NCBI GenBank assembly: GCA_041559215.1
Contig: JBFFDV010000002.1
Span: 1-33,000, forward strand
Direction: 5' to 3'
Length of the DNA stretch: 33,000 nt
DNA from: Anaerolineae bacterium
GTDB taxonomy: Bacteria > Chloroflexota > Anaerolineae > UBA7937 > B3-Chlor
This document shows positions 1 to 6,824 of the stretch, piece by piece (position 1 is the stretch's first letter; each line of letters begins with the position of its first letter). Below the pieces are notes generated by a model. It was not told the DNA's origin and did no database searches. It saw only the letters and a list, made by a program, of their open reading frames with translations. The position numbers were made by a program, and so were the translations under genes.

Positions 1-1004
1 AGCCCCCGAACAAAGCTGACAAAGGCGGCTCTCACTCCTCGCCCGAGGCTCTCAAAGATGCCACTGGAGGCGAGCCAGGAGAAGAAGGTTCGTATTCCCT
101 TCATCAACCCTCTGAAGAAGGCCAGGATCAAAGCCCCAAGCGTGGCAACCATCCTCCCCAACCCTGAGGCTATCCTCCTGGTCGGGATTCTCTTCGCTCC
201 CGCTGTCACTCGGCGGATGGGAACCGTCTTCACCCCAGACGCGATACTCTTTCTCTTGGCAACCAGCAACTCTTTTTGCATTAACTCTTCCGTCTGCTCG
301 CTGCCAGTCTGGATAATCAGGACAGAGAGGTCCGACCGGGAGGACGAGGAGGTCAGGGTATCGGCCAATTGTCGTAATCCTCCCTGGGCGGCTTTTGTCA
401 CCTGTCGCTGGCTGACCAGCTGGGACAGAGCACTTGAGGCCACGATGATGATATCATCCGCTTCTATGTGGGAGTGAAACAGTCCTACCTCTTGGAGGTG
501 CTCCAGTTCCCCCAGACGAGGAAAAGCTAGTCTTTCCTCCTCTACTGATGGTGCGAGATGGCGAGGTAAGGGCGGAGGAAAGAGGCGTGATCTCTCCTCT
601 CGAACCAGGTAGACCAGAGCGCCCCCGGTGAGTCCCATATAGAGATTGTTCCCTCGCAAGACCAAGCAGGCAGTTTCACCAAGCCTATGCCACAGCGGTA
701 AGGAGTGTAGGTTGTTTTGATACAGGAAACTATTTGCTGCCCGTATAGACTGGCGCAGACCGTTAGTGATACCTCCAGGGACGCGTAAATACTCCTTGCT
801 GAGGATCTCGATCAGCTTTCTATGGATGTCCTCTTTGCCATTCGGATCGCCTGTCACTTCGACTAGCAGGTAGAGGTTTCCTTTGCCAGGTCCAACAGGG
901 ATAATGGAGGACCTTTCCATCAGACCCATGTTGCTGGCCTTCTCCTGTAGAATTCCAGCAACGATGTTCAGTTGAACGACCTCTGTCTTCAACCTGGCAT
1001 CCAC
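1..1004 (-). CDS. PPM/PP2C-fold domain protein with a C-terminal hydrophobic segment; 3' end cut by the window edge, so it is missing from the supplied ORF track
   Basis: Own translation from GTG at 1004 (AGGAGGTG 5 nt upstream) stays open for 334 codons to the window edge. It reads VDARLKTEVVQLNIVAGILQEKASNMGLMERSSIIPVGPGKGNLYLLVEVTGDPNG...GETACLVLRGNNLYMGLTGGALVYLVREE...EADDIIIVASSALSQLV...SDLSVLIIQ...MVATLGALILAFF. The block order matches PP2C motifs. Confidence 0.6.
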   Translation of the reverse strand, partial: MDARLKTEVVQLNIVAGILQEKASNMGLMERSSIIPVGPGKGNLYLLVEVTGDPNGKEDIHRKLIEILSKEYLRVPGGITNGLRQSIRAANSFLYQNNLHSLPLWHRLGETACLVLRGNNLYMGLTGGALVYLVREERSRLFPPPLPRHLAPSVEEERLAFPRLGELEHLQEVGLFHSHIEADDIIIVASSALSQLVSQRQVTKAAQGGLRQLADTLTSSSSRSDLSVLIIQTGSEQTEELMQKELLVAKRKSIASGVKTVPIRRVTAGAKRIPTRRIASGLGRMVATLGALILAFFRGLMKGIRTFFSWLASSGIFESLGRGVRAAFVSFVRG

Positions 1005-1049
1005 GGTTCACCTCCTGCCTCTCTGAGAACCGATCCTAAACTGCAGTAC

Positions 1050-1118
1050 GTGACGTCACCATCAGATGCAACCACTACATTTTGTGGTTGTGATCTGTCT
1101 TATATACCATATATGGTA
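1050..1118. promoter_or_regulatory. Three operator-like palindromes in the leader of the PPM-domain gene
   Basis: GTGACGTCAC (1050-1059, perfect 10-bp palindrome); CAACCAC-N8-GTGGTTG (1069-1090); TACCATATATGGTA (1105-1118, perfect 14-bp palindrome, immediately downstream of the predicted -10). Confidence 0.45.
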
Positions 1119-1126
1119 CTATCTCT

Positions 1127-1154
1127 ATTATAGCACAGGTTCTGAAAAATGCAA
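1127..1154 (-). promoter_or_regulatory. sigma70-type promoter for the PPM-domain gene
   Basis: Minus strand reads TTGCAT-N16-TATAAT with TGc directly upstream of the -10 (extended -10). It lies about 120 nt upstream of the GTG at 1004. Confidence 0.55.
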
Positions 1155-1290
1155 ATGCCGGCTCTCCGGGCAGGCCTGAATCCCGGACGGGAAAGGGGAT
1201 TGTCTATGTACATGTCCTTTCGATATACTGAGGGCGGCGCTTCACACAATGGCAGCGTCCGCGAAGGGTGGGCAATACGGGGGTTCCCTT

Positions 1291-1449
1291 TTAGCCGCTC
1301 TGGATAAGCTCCAGCTCACCTTTTAGATATCTTTCCACGAGTTCGCGAATAATTTTGCTCATGGTGGTTCCCTCTTCGGCCGCCTTCTTCTTGAATGCTG
1401 TATGCGTCTCTCTCGATACCCGGATCATGATATTCTTATCTTTCCTCAT
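1291..1449 (-). CDS. Ribbon-helix-helix (CopG/Arc/MetJ-like) small DNA-binding protein, 52 aa
   Basis: MRKDKNIMIRVSRETHTAFKKKAAEEGTTMSKIIRELVERYLKG has the beta-strand/helix/helix RHH pattern. GGAGGTTGTG precedes the ATG at 1449. The longer 72-aa track ORF would overlap its own promoter. Confidence 0.75.
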   Translation of the reverse strand: MRKDKNIMIRVSRETHTAFKKKAAEEGTTMSKIIRELVERYLKGELELIQSG

Positions 1450-1459
1450 CACAACCTCC

Positions 1460-1509
1460 ATGTATAGCTTGCTATACATAATCATACGGTATTTTGGTCG
1501 TTTTGTCAA
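1460..1509 (-). promoter_or_regulatory. Promoter plus palindromic operator of the RHH gene
   Basis: Minus strand reads TTGACA-N17-TATGAT (plus coordinates 1481-1509). It is followed by the 20-bp palindrome ATGTATAGC-AA-GCTATACAT (1460-1479), which sits between the -10 and the RBS. Confidence 0.6.
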
Positions 1510-1522
1510 GTATCAGGCGGAA

Positions 1523-1621
1523 GCGCTTGCACAGCGATTAGGCGCAAGCCCCAATATGTGGGGGGAAATGAACGACGAGGAGAGCCCCCTCTGGCTCCCC
1601 GGGCTTTTGCTGCGTAACGCC
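1523..1621 (+). repeat. Copy A of a ~100-nt palindromic intergenic repeat (REPIN/MITE-like)
   Basis: GCGCTTGCACAGCGATTAGGCGCAAGCCCCAATATGTGGGGGG...GCCCCCTCTGGCTCCCCGGGCTTTTGCTGCGTAACGCC aligns along its whole length with copies B, C and D. Confidence 0.85.
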
Positions 1622-1698
1622 AAAAGCCAATTATTGCGATCCAGGGGTTTGGCGAAGCAGGGATCGCTTGGTGGTTTACTTCCTTTTGCAACTTTCTC

Positions 1699-1727
1699 TT
1701 GCTTTTTCAAAAGGGGTGTAGTATGAT
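1699..1727 (+). promoter_or_regulatory. Candidate sigma70 promoter for the plus-strand small genes
   Basis: TTGCTT-N17-TATGAT. The spacer contains the inverted repeat CTTTT-TC-AAAAG. Confidence 0.35.
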
Positions 1728-1786
1728 TTTCGTGAAATCCACTCGATTCTGCCGGTGGAAGGGACGATAGCGAATATCGCCAGCGA

Positions 1787-2014
1787 TTGTGCATGTCTGA
1801 TCGAGAGAGCATCTATGTGCGCATGAAGGACGACTTGCAGCGGGTGCTTGCACTTCCTTTAGAGGGGAAGCAAGATCAGGTCCGCGACTTCCTGGTGGGT
1901 TACTTGATGGTTGAACACCACTATCCTGAGGCCAAAGCCACCCGGCTTGTGGTTGGCAATGAGGTTGCTATTCTGGTGATGCTCACGGAAGAGGATGTGT
2001 CCGGTTTGTGGTGA
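1787..2014 (+). CDS. Hypothetical small protein; start uncertain (TTG 1787, ATG 1793 or ATG 1823)
   Basis: Only ORF in a promoter-served gap and in a sensible orientation. It has no recognisable motif and a weak RBS. Confidence 0.3.
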   Translation: MCMSDRESIYVRMKDDLQRVLALPLEGKQDQVRDFLVGYLMVEHHYPEAKATRLVVGNEVAILVMLTEEDVSGLW

Positions 2015-2200
2015 CCACAGTGCAGGAGCAGTCGTGGGTTGATCCGGGTATTCACAAGTTCATTCACACCATTTTTGGGATATTGACTTACCTATCCCAA
2101 AGTTCGTTGGCGGGAGCACTTGGAGTTCGCAAGAGGCAGGCGGTTGGCTGAAAGGTTCTACGCCGTTTGTGACGCAATAATGGCTGTTCGGGAGGATCAG

Positions 2201-2437
2201 ATGGCCAAGAAATACACTCAGGAGCAACTAGAGCGCTACGCAATGCTCGTCTTGGAGGCCATAGAGAGACATGGCCATAGTAGGCGCAAGGACATCCAGC
2301 AATTCACGGAGTTAAACGACCATGCCCTTCAAAGGGCTATTTGGTATCTAGAGGCAAACGGCTTGGTGAAGCATGAGGACTATCGCCCGCTAGAGATCAC
2401 GGAGCAAGGAAGAGCGTGGCTGGAGGATAGGCCATAA
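2201..2437 (+). CDS. Small winged-helix-like DNA-binding protein, 78 aa
   Basis: GGAGGA lies 5 nt upstream of the ATG at 2201. LVLEAIERHGHSRRKDIQQFTELNDHALQRAIWYLEANGLVKHED resembles a MarR/ArsR-type wHTH core. I prefer the internal start over the TTG at 2120. Confidence 0.5.
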   Translation: MAKKYTQEQLERYAMLVLEAIERHGHSRRKDIQQFTELNDHALQRAIWYLEANGLVKHEDYRPLEITEQGRAWLEDRP

Positions 2438-2585
2438 AAGGACCTTCCCACAGACAAGGATGTGCAAAGTAAGAGGTCAAGATAATCGCCACGGTATGGT
2501 GATCGCAAGCACCGGCGGCTTCGTCTGTTCGATTACAGTGGAGCGCCTGCTTCATTTTGTGCTCCCTGTCTTAGAAGTCTTCCTG

Positions 2586-2605
2586 TCCACGCAATAATGC
2601 GTGGA
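2586..2605. other. Perfect 8-bp stem / 4-nt loop hairpin in a 410-nt non-coding spacer
   Basis: TCCACGCA-ATAA-TGCGTGGA. There is no flanking T-run on either strand, so it is not a classical intrinsic terminator. Confidence 0.5.
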
Positions 2606-2847
2606 AGGACTCTTGCCTCTCCCCGTTTCCTTGTCCCCCCAGTGTGGCCATCTCAACATGCTGGGCAGCCGTTTGTGTTGCGTTCCATCTTGCGGGGCGC
2701 CGCCCATTTCTATTATCATTATTGGTGGGATGACGGTAAGACTGAGCTTTCTGCTAAACACGGCAAGTTGACTACAACGCGGCAATGGTAATGAAGATCG
2801 ACACTTCGCGGCACTGAATACATAGTCAAGGAAGGAGCAATAATCAG

Positions 2848-3174
2848 ATGTTTGTCGGAGCTGATCAGACAGAGCAGGTGGAAATGGCACCTGGGGTTTT
2901 GCGCCGAACGCTAGGTCACGGTGATGAGATGTTGCTGGCCGAGTTCATAATAATTGCAGGGGCTGAGGTACAGGTTCATAGTCATCCCCATGCCCAGGTC
3001 GGCTACATGGTACGCGGTCGGATGCAGTTGAGCGTCGGTGATGAAACCCAGACGGTAGAATCAGGCGATAGCTACTACATCCCCGGCGATGTACCTCACG
3101 GCGCGGTTACGCTGGAGGACTGTGTAGTGGTGGACGTATTCTGTCCCCCGCGACAGGATTACTTGGAGGGCTAG
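2848..3174 (+). CDS. Cupin-domain protein
   Basis: GGAAGGAG RBS. Cupin motifs VHSHPHAQVGYMVRG and GDSYYIPGDVPHG are present. Confidence 0.8.
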   Translation: MFVGADQTEQVEMAPGVLRRTLGHGDEMLLAEFIIIAGAEVQVHSHPHAQVGYMVRGRMQLSVGDETQTVESGDSYYIPGDVPHGAVTLEDCVVVDVFCPPRQDYLEG

Positions 3175-3181
3175 GCACGTT

Positions 3182-3628
3182 ATGTGCGGCGAAGCGGGGA
3201 GTGTACTATATATTACCGATGAGGTCAGCATCCCCTTGTCGGAATTGAGTTTTCGTTTCTCGCGGAGCAGTGGGCCTGGCGGTCAACATGCGAGCCGCAC
3301 AGAGACACGAGTGGAGTTGGTTTTCGACTTGGCTCGTTCCCCCAGCTTGACCGAGGCGCAGCGACAGCGAGCGCTTCGCGTCTTAACGCCGTATCTCGAT
3401 CAACATGGCGTCATGCATCTGGTATCGCAATCTACTCGCAGCCAGTTGCGCAATCGGGAGGAGGTGGTGGGGCGGTTCCAGGCTCTCTTGAGAGAGGCGC
3501 TGAGGGTGCCCAAGAGGCGGTATACTACCAGACCTACAAAAGCCGCACGGGAGAAGCGTCTGGAGGAAAAGCGGCGTCGCAGCGAGATCAAGAAACGGCG
3601 TCGCTCGGCGCTGCCGGATAGCGAATAA
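3182..3628 (+). CDS. arfB: Alternative ribosome-rescue factor ArfB (YaeJ-type peptidyl-tRNA hydrolase)
   Basis: GGQ motif (SSGPGGQHASRTETRV), length of about 140 aa and a basic C-terminal tail (KRRYTTRPTKAAREKRLEEKRRRSEIKKRRR) are all typical of ArfB. Confidence 0.85.
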   Translation: MCGEAGSVLYITDEVSIPLSELSFRFSRSSGPGGQHASRTETRVELVFDLARSPSLTEAQRQRALRVLTPYLDQHGVMHLVSQSTRSQLRNREEVVGRFQALLREALRVPKRRYTTRPTKAAREKRLEEKRRRSEIKKRRRSALPDSE

Positions 3629-3902
3629 GGCGAGGGCCCAGATGGCTGGGTACCGCGCTGGCGGCCAGAGGCTGCAGCCGAGCCGCCTATGAGCCAGGTC
3701 TTGGGTTTACTTATCTCGGTTCCTGCTGGCTGCGATTGCGCCATACTGTTGCCCCATAGAGCTTTGCTCTCAATCATCCAACCAGTTTACCCCTTAGATC
3801 GGAGACGAAGTAGCGCTCTCCTGTTGGCTCTGTGGGTTGATGTTGCCTCGTAACTTGGCACATTTCGCAGGTTGCAGCGCTGCTAAATCCGGTTTGATGG
3901 AG

Positions 3903-4000
3903 GGGCTTGCGCAGTGATTGCGCGCAAGCCCCAATATGCAGAAGGGGAATGAGGGCCAGAGCACACCCCTCGCGCTCCCAGGGCTCTTGCTGCGCAACGC
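3903..4000 (+). repeat. Copy B of the palindromic intergenic repeat
   Basis: GGGCTTGCGCAGTGATTGCGCGCAAGCCCCAATATGCAGAAGGGG...CACCCCTCGCGCTCCCAGGGCTCTTGCTGCGCAACGC. Confidence 0.85.
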
Positions 4001-4017
4001 TTGGACGTGCACATGCT

Positions 4018-4046
4018 TTGCTGAAAGAGGTTAGATGTGGTAAAAT
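4018..4046 (+). promoter_or_regulatory. Extended -10 promoter upstream of the Wzz-like gene
   Basis: TTGCTG-N17-TAAAAT preceded by TGg. It starts 18 nt after repeat copy B and lies 46 nt upstream of the GTG at 4092. Confidence 0.55.
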
Positions 4047-4091
4047 AGGTTTAGAGATGGTAAGGACTGGCCTTAGCGTCGGGAGGCGAGA

Positions 4092-4811
4092 GTGGAATTG
4101 AAGCAGTATTTCAAGGTGCTGGTGCGAAAGTGGTGGATCATTGTCCTGGCCTGCGTGGTCACCGTGGGGAGCGCCGTGATTTTCAGCGAGGTACAACCCC
4201 CTGTTTACCGTTCTTCGGCAATATTGCAGGTGATCCCTGCTCGCTATGACTACGGGTTGACTCTGGCTGCAGAACAGCTTCTCAGGCAGTTCGCCAACCA
4301 GATACACACCACCAACATGGCTCAACAGGTCATAGACGAGCTGCAGCTAGACATATCCACAGACAAATTACTGGGGGATGTCACGGTAGCTCCCATACCG
4401 GAGGATTTCCTCATTGAGATAGATGTGAATAGGCTCCATCCCGAGGAGGCTCGCGACGTGGCCAGCGCTTTTGCCCACGACTTCGTGGCCTTCCATGCAG
4501 CCCAGATACTGGACATAGACCGCCAGGATCGCGTACAGATAAGAATCCTGGAGGATGCGAAATATGGCTGGGTGCACTGGCCGAAGACCAAAACCTTGGC
4601 TCTGGCTGGAGGTGTCTTAGGACTGCTGATTGGCTTGTTGCTGGCCTTCGGCTTGGAGTATCTGGAGTCTGATGTGCTTAGGTCTCCAGAGGATGTGGAG
4701 CGTTATGTGGGGGTGCCGGTCCTGGGCTCTATCCCCACTATAAGTGGCAGCAGCGGAGTGGCCGGCGCAGAGGGGAAGAGGAGGCTTTTTGCCCTCCGTT
4801 GGCTGAGGTAG
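4092..4811 (+). CDS. Polysaccharide co-polymerase / chain-length determinant (Wzz domain); the transmembrane modulator half of a split BY-kinase
   Basis: GGGAGG RBS and GTG start. N-terminal Wzz signature KQYFKVLVRKWWIIVLACVV...PVYRSSAILQV and a second TM helix LALAGGVLGLLIGLLLAFGLEYL. Confidence 0.8.
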   Translation: MELKQYFKVLVRKWWIIVLACVVTVGSAVIFSEVQPPVYRSSAILQVIPARYDYGLTLAAEQLLRQFANQIHTTNMAQQVIDELQLDISTDKLLGDVTVAPIPEDFLIEIDVNRLHPEEARDVASAFAHDFVAFHAAQILDIDRQDRVQIRILEDAKYGWVHWPKTKTLALAGGVLGLLIGLLLAFGLEYLESDVLRSPEDVERYVGVPVLGSIPTISGSSGVAGAEGKRRLFALRWLR

Positions 4812-4857
4812 GCAGGAAGTGTTCCCTCGTCCTACCAGGCAGAGGCTACTATTGTGT

Positions 4858-4886
4858 TTGCGATGCCATCTGCGTGATGCTATAAT
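4858..4886 (+). promoter_or_regulatory. Internal extended -10 promoter upstream of the BY-kinase gene
   Basis: TTGCGA-N17-TATAAT with TGc immediately upstream of the -10. Confidence 0.5.
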
Positions 4887-4923
4887 CGTCAGACCGAGCT
4901 AGAGATACCGGAGGCTTCAAATC

Positions 4924-5613
4924 ATGGTCGTCAACAATCGCCCGGAGAGTCTGATCACCGTTAGTACCCCCCGGTCGCCCATCAGCGAGGCCTATCGTAC
5001 CTTGCGAACCAATCTGGAATTCTCCAGCCTCGACAGGCCCATAAAGACGATGGTGGTCACTTCTCCTGGGCCGGAGGAAGGCAAATCAACTACCCTGGCC
5101 AATCTGGCCGTTACCCTGGCCCAGGCGGAGAAGAAGGTTGTCCTTGTGGATTGTGATTTGCGGCGCCCCTCGCAGCATCAGATCTTCGGCCTGAAAAATG
5201 GCGCGGGCCTCACTACTATGGTGGTGGATGATGAAGCCATGACCAACCCACCTTTACAGGAGACTGAGGTCCCAGGGTTGTGGCTTCTGGCTAGCGGCCC
5301 CATTCCACCTAACCCATCGGAACTGTTGGGCTCACGCCGCATGAAGGAGATCATAGATATCCTATCGCAAAGGGCGGACATCGTCCTCTTCGATGCGCCT
5401 CCCATCATCGCTGTGACCGATGCTGCCGTCCTGTCCTCCAAGGTTGACGGCGTGTTGCTTGTCATCAACGCTGGGGGCACGAAACGGGATCATGCCGAGA
5501 GGGCGAAGGCCCTGCTAGAGAAAGTGAACGCCCATTTGGTGGGAGCGGTTCTAAACAATGTGAAGATAGATACCAGCCTGCACCGGTACTACGCTGAACA
5601 GAAGCGGACTTAA
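4924..5613 (+). CDS. Cytoplasmic tyrosine autokinase (BY-kinase, CpsD/CapB/YwqD type)
   Basis: Walker A SPGPEEGKST, Walker A' VVLVDCDLRRP, Walker B IVLFDAPP. The C-terminal tail holds only two Tyr (HRYYAEQ). Confidence 0.85.
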   Translation: MVVNNRPESLITVSTPRSPISEAYRTLRTNLEFSSLDRPIKTMVVTSPGPEEGKSTTLANLAVTLAQAEKKVVLVDCDLRRPSQHQIFGLKNGAGLTTMVVDDEAMTNPPLQETEVPGLWLLASGPIPPNPSELLGSRRMKEIIDILSQRADIVLFDAPPIIAVTDAAVLSSKVDGVLLVINAGGTKRDHAERAKALLEKVNAHLVGAVLNNVKIDTSLHRYYAEQKRT

Positions 5614-5654
5614 GAGATGCGGGCGACACCGAACCGAAGACGGGAGTGTGAGGC

Positions 5655-6719
5655 ATGAAGGGATTGATATTGAGTGGGGGTAAAGGCACTCGCCTATACC
5701 CCATTACTTATACCAGTGCAAAACAATTGGTGCCTGTGGCGAACAGGCCCGTTCTCTTTAGGGTGATAGACGCGATTGTGGAGGCGGGCATTAGGGACAT
5801 CGGCATCGTCGTAGGTGATACAGCTCCTGAGATCAGGAGCGCTGTCGCCGATGGTTCCCGGTGGGGCGCAAAGATCACATATATCCAGCAAGAAGCCCCG
5901 CTCGGGCTGGCCCATGCGGTTCTCATTTCAGAGGACTATCTGGGAGACGAGCAGTTCGTCATGTTTCTCGGTGATAATGTACTTGAGGGGGGCATCGTGG
6001 GCCTGGTTAGGCAGTTCGCCGAAAGCGACTGGAATGCTCAGATAGTTCTGACGCAAGTGGATAACCCGGAGCACTTCGGGGTGGCGGAACTGCGGGATGG
6101 TCAGGTGGTGAGGCTGGTGGAAAAGCCTGAGGTCCCGCCCAGTGATCTTGCCCTGGTAGGCATATATATGTTCGATCAAAACATCTTTGAGGCTGCCAAA
6201 AACATCAAACCTTCCTGGCGTGGCGAATTGGAGATCACCGATGCCATCCAATACCTCATAGATCATGGATACACCGTTTATCCGTACGTTCATGAAGGGT
6301 GGTGGATAGATACCGGTAAGCCAGGCGACATGCTGGACTGCAACCGTCTCTTACTGGAGAGTATTGAGTCTCAAAGCATGGGCTTCGTGGATAGCGAGTC
6401 TTCCATCTCAGGGCGCGTGATAATCGATAAGGGCGCCCAGGTCATCAACAGCACCATCCGTGGGCCCGCTATCATCGGTGAAAACAGTCACATTGTAAAC
6501 GCCTACATTGGCCCCTTCACGGCTATCTATCACGATGTCCTCATCGAAAATAGCGAGATTGAGCACTGCATTATCTTGGAGAATTGCAAGATCGCAGACG
6601 TGGAGCACCGAATCGAGGATAGTGTGATAGGGCGTAATGTGGAGATTACCCGCTCGCCGCTCAGGCCCAAGGCCTACAGGATGATGATCGGTGACAATAG
6701 TCAGATCGGGATACTATAG
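5655..6719 (+). CDS. rmlA: Glucose-1-phosphate thymidylyltransferase, long (~355 aa) form with a C-terminal left-handed beta-helix
   Basis: MKGLILSGGKGTRLYPITYTSAKQLVPVANRP N-terminus, followed by hexapeptide-like repeats in the C-terminal third. Confidence 0.85.
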   Translation: MKGLILSGGKGTRLYPITYTSAKQLVPVANRPVLFRVIDAIVEAGIRDIGIVVGDTAPEIRSAVADGSRWGAKITYIQQEAPLGLAHAVLISEDYLGDEQFVMFLGDNVLEGGIVGLVRQFAESDWNAQIVLTQVDNPEHFGVAELRDGQVVRLVEKPEVPPSDLALVGIYMFDQNIFEAAKNIKPSWRGELEITDAIQYLIDHGYTVYPYVHEGWWIDTGKPGDMLDCNRLLLESIESQSMGFVDSESSISGRVIIDKGAQVINSTIRGPAIIGENSHIVNAYIGPFTAIYHDVLIENSEIEHCIILENCKIADVEHRIEDSVIGRNVEITRSPLRPKAYRMMIGDNSQIGIL

Positions 6720-6824
6720 CCAGACTATCACCAAGTCTCGTTTTCCCAGTATGGTCAGGCAATCGGGTGTTAATCGCGTGAAGGGGTTCAGGAAGAATCT
6801 TGCACGGAAAGAAGATCTAGCCAG

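Noticed and set aside
58-477. 139-aa plus-strand ORF, and the 63-aa ORF at 820-1011 (-)
   Set aside because: Both overlap the long open minus-strand frame (1-1004) that has PP2C-like blocks and a strong RBS. The 139-aa ORF is antisense to it, and the 63-aa ORF is the wrong frame from an adjacent GTG. Both have odd composition and no RBS.
1355-1812. ORFs 1355-1726 (+), 1506-1691 (-) and 1513-1812 (-) reading through repeat copy A. The same applies to 3794-4012 (-), 3907-4101 (+) and 3774-4325 (-) through copy B, and to 24680-24998 through copy D.
   Set aside because: The reading frame through the repeat is not conserved between copies (indels shift it). The ORFs lack RBSs and overlap promoters or real genes. 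The repeat is better explained as non-coding.
6720-6824. Possible cobalamin riboswitch upstream of the B12-binding radical SAM gene
   Set aside because: I could not find a B12-box-like element or the expected multi-stem architecture in the 105-nt spacer. A covariance-model search would be needed to exclude it formally.
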